Assembly (NCBI GenBank): GCA_051546255.1
Contig: CP128821.1
Coordinates: 372,001-436,000 of the forward strand
DNA from: Meyerozyma guilliermondii
Lineage: Eukaryota
Length of the DNA stretch: 64,000 nt
Reading direction: 5' to 3'
Every line of letters starts with the position of its first letter. Within the stretch, counting starts at the first letter, position 1. Both the position numbers and the translations under genes were made by a program. Positions 11,577-21,984 of this stretch are shown here, piece by piece. The notes beneath the pieces are model-generated. The model made no database searches, was not told the origin of the DNA, and saw only the letters and a program-made list of their open reading frames with translations.

Positions 11577-13112
11577 TCAAAACTCTAATCCGTTTTCAAA
11601 AAATTCCGTAACCGCCTTTGCCAATTGGGTTCCAGCTGCAATCAACTCTTCGTCAGTATTAGCCGCTGCAACTGTAAGTCTAAAAAAGTTGGCAGTTTCC
11701 TTGCTGAATTCACTGTCGGTGGCCATATTAATTCCTGGCACTGCATGGACTCCAAAAGCGAGAAGCTTCCAGTTCAAGAGTCTGATCTTTTCGATAATTG
11801 GAGTACCTGGAGGAAAGTTCACCACGAGAGAAAGGAACATACCAGCACGAGGATCGATGATACTCACATAGTTTTTCTTGTAAGCATCCAGCTCCTCAAT
11901 GGCATTGACCAACACATCTCTACGGTGAGTATAAGTGAGACGCATCTTCAATATCCACTGGAGCCATCCATATACGCCCTTGTATTTCTGCTCAATAACG
12001 TTGTTCAACACCATTTGCGAAAGACCAGAGGGCGCCCGTGTCACAACGGCAGCATATTGCCCAATTACCTCGGTGACTTTCTTGTGGCCCACAACGAAAC
12101 CTACTCTCAATCCCGGAGCAAAAAGCTTGGAAAAAGTTTCAATACGAACAACACGTCCAGTAGTATCCAAGGTGAGATACGATGGAACGAGGTGATTGGA
12201 AAGGTATTCTTCCACTGTCAAAAACAGATCAAGTTTGAGGACACCTTCTGGCTTCAGGTACGGAGGTAAAGTCAAATAGCCGTAAGGATCATCTTCAATG
12301 ATAATAAAATCGTGCTTTTCGGCCAAAGCATACACTTTTTTCCGGAACTCCAAACTTTGGGTGAGACCCGTGGGATTCTGCCCGGTGGGAATACTGTACA
12401 ATGCCTTTGGTTTCTTCAAATCCGGCTTCTTGGTTTCCCAATTTTCAAGCAAATCGGTCAAGTAATCAATATCAAGGCCATTGCTCTTGTCCGGAGTTGG
12501 GTCCAAATTCATTCTGACCGGCACTGGAATACCACCAGTATTGGCAACATGAGCCAAGAAAGGTGTAAACGTGAACTCTTCAATCAAAATGACATCACCA
12601 GGATCAAGCAATGCGTCAGCAACTTTGTTGAGACCATCCGAAGCGCCCGTAGTGACAATAGTGTCCCAATCAGAGTACTTTGGAGGATGAATCTTAGATA
12701 TGAACTCGCGGGTAAACTGCAATATCTGAGGGTGGCCCTTGGGTTCAGAATACTGAAGACCATGGGCAATATCGATCAATTTTTCGTCTTCACTACGACG
12801 ATTAATCGTAATTTTTTTGGGTCCCAGCGAGTCATTGGCAACGGTTCCGTTTGTCTTTGAAAGAGCCAACGATTCCAACGATGCGTTCGTCATGGACATA
12901 GATAACGACTTTTCAAATGGATAATCAACCAACTGAAGATCAATCGACTCGATGGGAAAAAATCCATCGTTAGGGGTTCCCCAACTGAGAATGAGATTCT
13001 TATCAGCAGGCTTGAATCCCTTGGGAGGAGATTTGTCAATAGCAGCAAAATGCGACGACTTGCGTGCCAATGCTCGTTTAGAAAGTAGATGGCCATGGAC
13101 AAACTCAGACAT
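11577..13112 (-). CDS. ARO9: Aromatic amino acid aminotransferase (PLP class I)
   Basis: PTGQNPTG, IIEDDPYGYL, ETFSKLFAPGLRVG; N-terminus resembles Candida Aro9. Confidence 0.85.
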   Translation of the reverse strand: MSEFVHGHLLSKRALARKSSHFAAIDKSPPKGFKPADKNLILSWGTPNDGFFPIESIDLQLVDYPFEKSLSMSMTNASLESLALSKTNGTVANDSLGPKKITINRRSEDEKLIDIAHGLQYSEPKGHPQILQFTREFISKIHPPKYSDWDTIVTTGASDGLNKVADALLDPGDVILIEEFTFTPFLAHVANTGGIPVPVRMNLDPTPDKSNGLDIDYLTDLLENWETKKPDLKKPKALYSIPTGQNPTGLTQSLEFRKKVYALAEKHDFIIIEDDPYGYLTLPPYLKPEGVLKLDLFLTVEEYLSNHLVPSYLTLDTTGRVVRIETFSKLFAPGLRVGFVVGHKKVTEVIGQYAAVVTRAPSGLSQMVLNNVIEQKYKGVYGWLQWILKMRLTYTHRRDVLVNAIEELDAYKKNYVSIIDPRAGMFLSLVVNFPPGTPIIEKIRLLNWKLLAFGVHAVPGINMATDSEFSKETANFFRLTVAAANTDEELIAAGTQLAKAVTEFFENGLEF

Positions 13113-13136
13113 GGTGTTGACGAGGAAGAAAATGTG

Positions 13137-13144
13137 ATGAGTCA
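13137..13144. promoter_or_regulatory. Gcn4-type site ATGAGTCA upstream of ARO9
   Basis: Exact match 25 nt upstream of the minus-strand ATG. Confidence 0.55.
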
Positions 13145-13250
13145 GGGGGGATTACTAACTTGATGTGGTTGCAAGTCGTGCCGTACGTATCTTCGGTGTA
13201 TGGCTGTCGTTATGAACCCGGGTGCCCATTGTGACTCGAGCGCCATAGTT

Positions 13251-14680
13251 TTATGCATCGTCCAAATAGGAAAGATCTTGACAGGCCCGATACTCATCGA
13301 TTACTCCGATAACGGACTCTTTGCATTCTGCGAAAATTTCAAGAACTCTGGCGCGCTCAGCGGCATCGTTGGACTCGGTATAGTTGTTAATGTAGGCACC
13401 TCTTTGGGCCAAACGATCAAATTGTTTCACCACCTTCGTAAACATACTGGCGATAGAAGAATTGTTCGATATCTGCACTCCTGTAAGCGAACCAGCGCTG
13501 TAGGGTTTGTGTCCACTGACAACATGGACTGAAGAAGAAGTCCAAGGTACAAATTGAACTCGACTTTGGGCTTTGATTATTCCCTTTCTGATCTCATGTT
13601 GAGACTCAGAACCTATCAAGTAGGTGAGCATCGCTATGTAGTTAACTGGTTCTGAAACACGGTTCATTTTGTACTTGTCGTCCAATAGTTCGAGAATCAA
13701 ATCGTACTCGTTCATGGCATGCAATCGGGTTGAATTGTGTCCCACGATTTCAGATACCGGAGCTATGGCTGCAGAAAGAAACTTGAGATCGGGAGTGGGC
13801 ACTAGTGTAGACAAGATCAGTTCATAGGAGCTGTACATGTAGCCGGGAAACCGAATAGGGTTGGAGATGCTCGCCAGAGCCATGGCGATCAATTTGTTGG
13901 GTCCTTGGAATGCAGAGGTGGCCCTATCGGAGCCAGTGTTTTTCACTATCATATTCTCCACGCCTGTCAACGCATCGTTATCGAACACGACGGTTGCGTC
14001 GCTAAAATCAATAAGTCGTTTTAACGTGAGCATAGTGTTGTATGGCTGTACCACCACATCAGAAGTGCCCTCACTGGATGGGAAAATCAGAAACGTATTC
14101 ATCAATTTTTTGCTACCGTAGCGGTCATTGAGGGCCTCTAATAAAAACGAGCCAATTCCAGCCCCTGTGCCTCCCGCCACGCTATGAAATAATTGCAAAT
14201 TGTTGAGGTTGTCGCACTTGTCACATTCACGATCAATGAGATTTAACAAGTCATCCTCGTACTGACTGCCGTAGCTATACCCATTCAACCAGTTGTTTCC
14301 GGCTCCATTACCCTGCTCACTCACGTGCAAGTTGCGAGGGTTGATCATGGGCATTGAATTGGTGCATTTTGTGATCACTGATGGTTCCAAATCTATCATC
14401 ACCGAACGAGGTGTGTACCTGTTATTACTGGTTTGGTGAAAGAACAACTCTGGGTGGTCGTTTGGCTTGTCTTGGCCATTCGGGGCTCCGTTAGAGACGT
14501 TTTGAGTGGAAAAAACCGACCGTTCACCATCGATGGAAATGGCGTGTTCTTGTGCCAATTGGTTCCAATACTGAAAACCAACTTGGTTTCCACATTGTCC
14601 AGCTTGGATGGTCACGGTTTCACTGGGTTAGCATTTTACGGTTACTTTTGCGGTTTTTGGTTGGATACTTACCCTGGCAT
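13251..14680 (-). CDS. TUB4: Gamma-tubulin; exon 1 14680-14673, intron 14672-14623, exon 2 14622-13251
   Basis: Splicing ATGCCAGG|GTAAGT...TGCTAACCCAG|TGAA restores MPGETVTIQAGQCGNQVG; HSVAGGTGAG and SDVVVQPYN motifs. Confidence 0.95.
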
Positions 14681-15193
14681 TAGATGGTCTTAGGTCGCAA
14701 AATCAAAAAGTTGACGCGACAATCAAAACAGAGATCACGTGCGGTAGTGAGGTGAATGTCGCGAAGAATTTGCAGCCAAGCGAGAAGAAAATGGCAAGGA
14801 TCAATATTTCTGAATTACCTATGTTGAATCGATTTTTTTACTTGAAGCAATAGCGAGCGTTGGGATCCGTCAGATAAGGTCAGACTTACCAGCTATAGCT
14901 ACTTAAAGAATGTGTTTTTGATTAGGATTCAAAGCTACGTTTGCTGCTGAGTCATTGAATTCCTCAAATAAAACTTCATTTTGGAGGTTTGGATCGGGTT
15001 TCAGCTGGCTGGTGCTCAATCCAGGGTATTTGGGCATTGTGGTTTATGGTCAAGAGCAAATAAGGGATAATTGCCATATGAAATTACTAATCTAAAACAC
15101 TATCAGATCATATGGAAGTTACTATCAGGTCATATAAAATATCTTTTGTGGTCAAAGTTACCCTGGTCATTGATGTTGACCGTCTTTCCACTT

Positions 15194-15952
15194 TCACCAG
15201 GGGATCTCCAGGCCATCAAAGTTCAAGAACTTTCCATTGTCTTCAGGCTTCAAGTTGTTGATGAGCTTTTGCAAAGCCTCAGCACACTCCGGGGGCGTCA
15301 ACGTCGGAATGCTAGCAAACATTTTGGCCATGTGCGGCATCAAGGTGACAATCTGCTTTCCCACCTCGGCACCCTTTTCGGTGGTCACTACACCAGGATG
15401 AATAGGAACAATGGTGAACCCTTCTGGTTTCAACTCCTTCGCCAAGTCACGGACGGTGTAGTTAAGAGCTGCTTTGGACTGACCGTAAGCAGAACCAGCC
15501 ATTGGAGCGTCAGAAGCGATGGATCCTCTAGCACTTGAAATGAAGACTACTTTCTTGACATCGCTCTTTTGGACCAAAGGGTACAACTCCTGGAACAATT
15601 GAAAAGCACCAAGAACATTGGTGGTATAATGGCTAATCCAGCTGTCTCTAGGAGTCTTCAAAACCTTCGGATTCAAGCTCATATAGGCACTGTTGGAAAC
15701 ATAAATGTCGATGTGGCTAGTGAGCTTTGCAATTTCAGCCGCGGCAGTCTTGATGCTATCTTCACTGTCAATATCCAACTTGACGAAATGAACATTAGAC
15801 TTTGAATTTGCCAACTCCTGCAATTTCGTGGCAGATTCTGGGAACCTAGAAGTGGTGATAACCTTGGTTTCTGGATCTTTCGAGAATAACTCTACCAATG
15901 CGAACCCGATTCCACGGTTTCCGCCTGAGATAAAAGTTGTTTGTTTGGTCAT
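15194..15952 (-). CDS. Short-chain dehydrogenase/reductase (CsgA/carbonyl-reductase-like), copy 1
   Basis: SGGNRGIG, YGQSK catalytic motif, PIHPGVV, GKFLNFDG..IPW. Confidence 0.92.
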   Translation of the reverse strand: MTKQTTFISGGNRGIGFALVELFSKDPETKVITTSRFPESATKLQELANSKSNVHFVKLDIDSEDSIKTAAAEIAKLTSHIDIYVSNSAYMSLNPKVLKTPRDSWISHYTTNVLGAFQLFQELYPLVQKSDVKKVVFISSARGSIASDAPMAGSAYGQSKAALNYTVRDLAKELKPEGFTIVPIHPGVVTTEKGAEVGKQIVTLMPHMAKMFASIPTLTPPECAEALQKLINNLKPEDNGKFLNFDGLEIPW

Positions 15953-16933
15953 GTTTGTTGCTTTGATGCTTCTGAATCATGACAGAGGGCTCAGATTTAT
16001 ACCCACACATCCATGACCTTTCCAGTGTCTATGCTGTGGAAGGCTTTCATTTTAGTCATTTTGGTTTCGTCATTTTAGTCAGCGGAGATATGTCCTACGT
16101 GAGGCATATCTCCGGTGTATACTGATGAAACATTACTAATGGAATCGAGAGGAACACCCAACAGTTGCCACTGTGGGGGTCAATCCCGCACGAAGAGGCT
16201 TTTTCTGACTACTTTAAATCAAAAAAAAAACCAAAAATGGAATAATCTACAAAATTTTGCAAAAAGCCGCATTAGGACAACTAAAATCAAAGACCACTAA
16301 ATTGGCAATTCATAATATTTGTTGGCGAAACCCTTACATCTTGATGTGTGGAAGAATTCCTCTAATCATTGAATTCGAAGGTACATACCCATCGAATCGG
16401 TAATATTTGAAACCAGTTTCGTCACGTATATCCACCTCCATTATCTTGGGACTGCACACAGCTTATTTCCCAGGGCTCAGCTGTCATCAGATCCATTTGC
16501 AGCCAAATTAAAAGAAGCAGGGAGAAGCAGTTCATTGATTTTTTTGTTTCAGAATGTTATGTGCTTGGTTGGAGTAGACCTTGACGCATAAGAGCTGAAG
16601 TAAAGACATACAAAATATTTGAAGTTCGTTATTATTGATACCAAAACTGTGTTTTTGGTTAGTACTACACAGCGATTCTTCGAATGAAACTTCTCAGAAT
16701 GTTCAGAATAATGTTTTTACAGCTTAACAGTACACGCTTATATCGACCGTACAGCTTCTTGAGAGCAAAGAAGTGCCTGTGTCATATGAAATTACTATCT
16801 TATAAAGAACTATCAGGTCATATAGAATTTACTATTTGTGGTTGTATGAAGCACTACGCCATATTTAGATGAATCTCAATCTTGTCAGGCAGGATTTACC
16901 ATTTCACGGTCACAAAAGATCGGAACCAACAGT

Positions 16934-17689
16934 TCACCAAGGCAAAACCAGACCATCAAAGTTCAAAAACTTTCCAGTGTCTTCGGGTTTCAAGTTGTTG
17001 ATGAGCTTTTGCAAAGCCTCGGCACACTCCTGGGGCGTCAAAGAAGGCATGCTAGCAAACACTTCGGCAATTTGTGGCACTAAGCTGAGAATTTGCTGTC
17101 CTACTTCCGCACCCTTTTCAGTGCCTACCACACCAGGATGAACCGGGACAATGGTGAACCCTTCTGGCGCCAATTCCTTTGATAAGTCTTGAGCAGTAAA
17201 GTTGAGGGCTGCTTTGGACTGACCGTAAGCGGAGCCAGGAATTGGAATGTCTGAACTCAACGAGCCTCCAGCACTTGAAATGAACACTACTTTCTTGACA
17301 TCGCTCTTTTTGATCAACGGAAGCAATTCTTGAAACAACTGAATGGCGCCAAGAACATTGACGTTGTAATGAGCAAGCCAGCTCTCTCTTGGAGTCTGCG
17401 AAGTTTTTGTCAAGTTCATGTAAGCACTGTTGGAAATATAGACGTCGATGTGGCTGGTGAGTTTGGCGATTTCAGCCGCGGCAGTCTTGATGCTGTCTTC
17501 ACTAGCAATATCCAACTTGACGAACTGAACATTGAATCTTTTCTTTGCCAACTCCTGCAAGTCTGTGGCAGAATCTGGGAATCTAGAAGTGGTTATAACC
17601 TTGGTTTCTGGGTCTTTGGAGAATAAGTCTACCAATGCGAAACCGATTCCACGATTTCCACCAGAAATAAAAATTGTTTGTTTGGTCAT
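16934..17689 (-). CDS. Short-chain dehydrogenase/reductase, copy 2 (tandem paralog)
   Basis: Collinear with 15194-15952 and carries the same motifs. Confidence 0.92.
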   Translation of the reverse strand: MTKQTIFISGGNRGIGFALVDLFSKDPETKVITTSRFPDSATDLQELAKKRFNVQFVKLDIASEDSIKTAAAEIAKLTSHIDVYISNSAYMNLTKTSQTPRESWLAHYNVNVLGAIQLFQELLPLIKKSDVKKVVFISSAGGSLSSDIPIPGSAYGQSKAALNFTAQDLSKELAPEGFTIVPVHPGVVGTEKGAEVGQQILSLVPQIAEVFASMPSLTPQECAEALQKLINNLKPEDTGKFLNFDGLVLPW

Positions 17690-19067
17690 GTTTGTTGATT
17701 TGCTACTCCAGAATCATGACGGAGGGCTCAAATTTATACCCACACATCCATGACATTTCCAGTGCCTATGCTGTGGCAGATTGTCATTTTAGTCATTTTA
17801 GTAAGCGGACATAATGAGTGTGAGGCGTATCTCCGTGCCGTATACCAATGAAACATTACTAATGGAATCGAGGGGAATACCCAACAGTTGCCACCGTGGA
17901 GGCCAAGTATATGCGTAAAGGCTTTTTCTGACTACTTTACATCAAAAGAGTCCAAAAATCGAATACCTTACACAAATTTGCAAAAAGCCGCATTGGAAGA
18001 AACAGAAACCAATTAGGAAGAACACTAAAGTGGTACCTAGCCGTAAGAAGCGTACTATCATCACGTCTTCTGATTTTCATCACTCATTGAGGTCAAAGAG
18101 ATCCTTTATTCTCTACTGTGGAGCCTTCAAACCACCATGAATATTGAACTTTCGCTTCGTTTGTCAACTGAGATTTTATAGCCAAAGTTCTGTACTGAAG
18201 CAATTGACAACCAGAAAAAACTCATCAGAGAAGCCTTACCAGAGAAGGTTACCAGAATCACGAGGGAAACCTCGGTCTGTTCTTATCTTGATCCGGTAAT
18301 GCTAATATTCGTTCTGACATTTCTTTGTCTTTTTTCGAAATAAGTGCCGTTGCTGTACAGAAACTCGAGAGAGCTTAGTTATTTTTCAATGGATGGCATC
18401 GTCTGCTAATCTCCATTACTGACACTGCTTTAAGTATGCACACCGTGAAAAAGGTACATTAGAATGATCGAGGATTTTCCGAGGTACTTGCTTTTTTTGG
18501 CTGCAAAGTTTTCGACATATGGCAGTAAATTCCAATGCACTTTTTTGTCTCAACTATCATATTGAGAGACGATCCCCCACTGGCTGTAGACTTTTGTGGT
18601 CCACATGTATCAGAGAGTCTCTTTTTGCGACATACTATGCTATACTGACATTTCTGACTTTATCGACAATGCGACATCAATTCCCGATGTGAAAAAAAGT
18701 TGATAGTTTTTTTGTTTGTGGCTTATATGTATTAAATCCGCTCATAGTTCATACTCATTACACTCGTACATCGATATGTCATAATTTTTTAGAGAGCCTA
18801 AACGGAATTGACTGGAAATCATCTCGGCGTAGAGTGAAATAATCTGTTAATCTGAAATATACAATTTGTACAAAAATCAAAATTTCTCCAAATTGAATTG
18901 TCTACAAAAAACATTTCTGGCCACCAATTTTCGAAGCCTTCAATAACACATCAGACCACACCTATACTTTACCCCACCAATATCAACTATTACCCCAGGT
19001 GCACAGTGCACCCGATTGCGGGGTGCACGTGACTGCACTATAACAGAGATCCTCCGCTGAAAGCTTC

Positions 19068-21092
19068 ATGACTGAATCCCCCCAGCGTAAGCGTGTGTGT
19101 GAAGACAATGACTCTCAGTTTGCGTGTAACGAGTGCAAAAGAAGACGTCTGAAATGTTCTCGTGACGTACCTACATGTTCTTTATGTCTAAAACATCATC
19201 GACATTGTCTCTATGAGAAGACGAATAGAAGCCCATTGACTAGGAAGCACCTTACACAGGTTGAAGAGGAGCTTCGAATCAGCCGAAAGGTGATTCAGCG
19301 GCACTTTCCAACGATGGATATTTCACGAATGGTACAAGAAATCAAAAATGGCTCGAATATAGATGAGTTGATAGATCTGTTCACCACCACCCAAAGTTCA
19401 CCAACTCAAAAAAACAGTTCACCAACTAAAAACAATATTAAAAACCTCTTGACGATCGACGATGGTTTGGAAGATCTTCAGGTTCCTCAGCTAGTTCCTT
19501 CGAGTGTCACAGAAAATGGTTCTCATAAATCAAGTACAGATCTCTCACCAGTGTCTTACAATTGGGACGAAAGAAATCTCCCCCATGGAAACCGTCAAGC
19601 GTCCATAATTGATGGAATAGCGACAATGGACACCAACGGGTATTTGGGCTCACCGTCAAGCGCAGCTCTTATCAACTTGGTTGGTGGTGGATTCTTTTTT
19701 CACAAGCCGCATGGAGATGGTGGAGATGGAAATCATGTTAATGAAGAGGTGTTGACAAATATTCCGAGGAACACATTGGAGGGATATATTAACCAGTATT
19801 TCCAGACTTTCCATGTTTCTTATCCCATTATTTATGAGCCTATTTTCATGGCTCATTTCAATGAGATTATAGTGCCTCCACAAGGATGGGAAAGCTTGAT
19901 GTATATGGTTGCAGCCATAGGATCGTTCATGTCTGGGGTTTCTCCGGAGCAAAATGACGACTTGACTCTTTTTGAGTTGGCAAAATCAAAACTTTCCATG
20001 GAAATAATGGAGAGAGGAAATCTTACTTTGGTTACTACCATCACATTAATGTCCAATTATCTTCAAAAAAGAGATAAACCAAATTCTGGTTACAGCTACT
20101 TGGGGTTGGCGGTTCGAATGGCATTGGGTTTAGGCATTCATCGAGAAATAGATCGCCATGGAGAGTCACTCTTGGAGAAGGAAATGCGACGGCGGATATG
20201 GTGGTGCCTTTACATTTTTGACTGTGGTCAAAATATCACTTTTGGAAGACCGCTCTGTATTCCCTGTGCTGGCATTGATACCAGCCTTCCTATGAATATT
20301 CCCGATTCTTGCTTGACGGCTCTCACCAAGCAAATGCCCGTTCCCGAAAATGAACCTACAATATACACCAGTGTCCGGCTTCAGTCACTTCTACATTTAT
20401 TGACGAATGGAATCTATGAAAGGATAATTACCGATCCGTTTCCTTCAGCATCGCAGCTCTTGGCTCGGGACAAAAAGTACCTCGAGCGGTGGAAGAAACT
20501 AGTTCCTCCATACTATGACGAAAGTGCTTCAGTTGGAGACAAGTTCAAGTTGAGCAAATGTGAGCTCGAATGGAGGTTTCGCAACTTGCGAATCTTAATG
20601 TACCGAACGTTTTTGTTGAAGAGAGTGGTTATTTCGAGTCAGGACTCTAGCGACCAGTATGAGCGCCAAGCTGGAGAAATCTGCTTGCAAGAATGCTCAA
20701 AAGTGATCAAAAGCATGAACCATTTCTGGTGCTCGAAGCCAGACCATAATCGTATGGAGACTTGGTACACTCTATGCTTTGTCGTTCCTGCTGCTCTCAT
20801 GCCATTGGTTTGTTTGAGAAACAATCCTTCTTCAGCAAATGCCGACAGTTGGCGAAACGACGTGATAACAGCCCAAAACATCATTGCTTCATTGACTTCC
20901 ATCTGCCCTTCAGCAGCAAAACTTCTGGACCTTATATCGACGCTCGGCCATGGCTACTTGTACACTCAACCAAACGCTACATCTCCAGAACCAACAGCTA
21001 CCGATGAAAGTCCTACATCTCAGCTTCTACAATTACACAGCATGCTTTGGCCTGTTTCGTTTGATTTGGAACAACAATTTAATTTGACTTAA
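19068..21092 (+). CDS. Zn(II)2Cys6 transcription factor with Gal4/Lac9-type DNA-binding domain and fungal TF middle homology region
   Basis: CNECKRRRLKC...C..C......C followed by RSPLTRKHLTQVE (Gal4: RSPLTRAHLTEVE); LAVRMALGLGIHRE...EMRRRIWWCLYIFD. Confidence 0.93.
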   Translation: MTESPQRKRVCEDNDSQFACNECKRRRLKCSRDVPTCSLCLKHHRHCLYEKTNRSPLTRKHLTQVEEELRISRKVIQRHFPTMDISRMVQEIKNGSNIDELIDLFTTTQSSPTQKNSSPTKNNIKNLLTIDDGLEDLQVPQLVPSSVTENGSHKSSTDLSPVSYNWDERNLPHGNRQASIIDGIATMDTNGYLGSPSSAALINLVGGGFFFHKPHGDGGDGNHVNEEVLTNIPRNTLEGYINQYFQTFHVSYPIIYEPIFMAHFNEIIVPPQGWESLMYMVAAIGSFMSGVSPEQNDDLTLFELAKSKLSMEIMERGNLTLVTTITLMSNYLQKRDKPNSGYSYLGLAVRMALGLGIHREIDRHGESLLEKEMRRRIWWCLYIFDCGQNITFGRPLCIPCAGIDTSLPMNIPDSCLTALTKQMPVPENEPTIYTSVRLQSLLHLLTNGIYERIITDPFPSASQLLARDKKYLERWKKLVPPYYDESASVGDKFKLSKCELEWRFRNLRILMYRTFLLKRVVISSQDSSDQYERQAGEICLQECSKVIKSMNHFWCSKPDHNRMETWYTLCFVVPAALMPLVCLRNNPSSANADSWRNDVITAQNIIASLTSICPSAAKLLDLISTLGHGYLYTQPNATSPEPTATDESPTSQLLQLHSMLWPVSFDLEQQFNLT

Positions 21093-21898
21093 CGCAATGT
21101 ATATCCACCTCCAACCACAAGTTCTTCGCCAGTAATATACGACGAGGCATTGCTAGCCAAAAAGACATATACTCCCTTGAGCTCGTATGTCTGGCAGAGA
21201 CGCTGGGCTGGAATTTGTGCAAACCAGGTATCTCTCCATTCTTTGGGATGAACATCCAACATATCGGTGTCGATGTACCCTGGAGAAACACAATTTACTC
21301 TAGCGAAATCGACCCATTCAACAGCAAGACACTTGGCCAAACGCACTAGTCCCGCCTTGGAAGCGTTGTAAGGAGCCTGCTTTTGTGGGTGGTTGACAAT
21401 TAATGAAGACACAGAAGCCGTGAATACGATGCGACCTTGCTGCAAAATTCCACTAGCTTTTTGTTTCTTGAATGCCTGCGCAGCAGCTTGCGCCGTAAAA
21501 AATGCTCCGTCCAAATTCACCGCCATGATATTTCTATATTCTTCTTCGGTAAAGTCCTCGGCTGGTACATGACATGCAATTCCAGCATTTGGTACTACTA
21601 CATCTAGCCGGCCAAAGTCCTTCAATACTTCCTCCACACACTTTTGAATGGCATTCTTGTCGCAAACATTACACTTATAAGCCTTGAAGTTGACTCCTAG
21701 ACCCTCAAATTCGGCTTTGAGTTGATCAATTGTTTCCTGAGAAGAAGTATTGTAGGTTATGGCAATGTCAGATCCAGCTTCTGCAAGACCAGTAGCCGCA
21801 GCCAAGCCAATGCCTCGAGACCCTCCAGTCACCAACGATACTTTCTTGGCAAGACTGAAGAATTGCTGTACTGGAGCGTTTTCGTTTTGGTAGAGCAT
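21089..21898 (-). CDS. SDR of the sorbose reductase / NADP-mannitol dehydrogenase / L-xylulose reductase family
   Basis: TGGSRGIG, NAGI, QKQAPYNASK, LAVEW..FARVNCVSPGYIDT, ELKGVYVFLAS. Confidence 0.92.
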   Translation of the reverse strand: MLYQNENAPVQQFFSLAKKVSLVTGGSRGIGLAAATGLAEAGSDIAITYNTSSQETIDQLKAEFEGLGVNFKAYKCNVCDKNAIQKCVEEVLKDFGRLDVVVPNAGIACHVPAEDFTEEEYRNIMAVNLDGAFFTAQAAAQAFKKQKASGILQQGRIVFTASVSSLIVNHPQKQAPYNASKAGLVRLAKCLAVEWVDFARVNCVSPGYIDTDMLDVHPKEWRDTWFAQIPAQRLCQTYELKGVYVFLASNASSYITGEELVVGGGYTLR

Positions 21899-21984
21899 TG
21901 CCGATTGTTAGGAGTACTCATCTTTTATAGGGGAAGGTGGAAAAATGCTCGCAATCGCGGAGAGGGTGACAGAAGTCCGCTCAT

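Larger units (their letters stand above)
15075..17995. repeat. Tandem segmental duplication (about 15075-16275 and 16782-17995) covering the SDR gene, about 300 bp of promoter and the 3' flank
   Basis: Shared flanks such as TTTATACCCACACATCCATGAC, AACATTACTAATGGAATCGAG, GCAAAAAGCCGCATT and ACTATCAGGTCATATA. Confidence 0.9.

Noticed and set aside
18000..18950. About 1-kb spacer as a possible pseudogene or LTR
   Set aside because: Only short frames, no recognisable homology and no terminal repeats found by eye.
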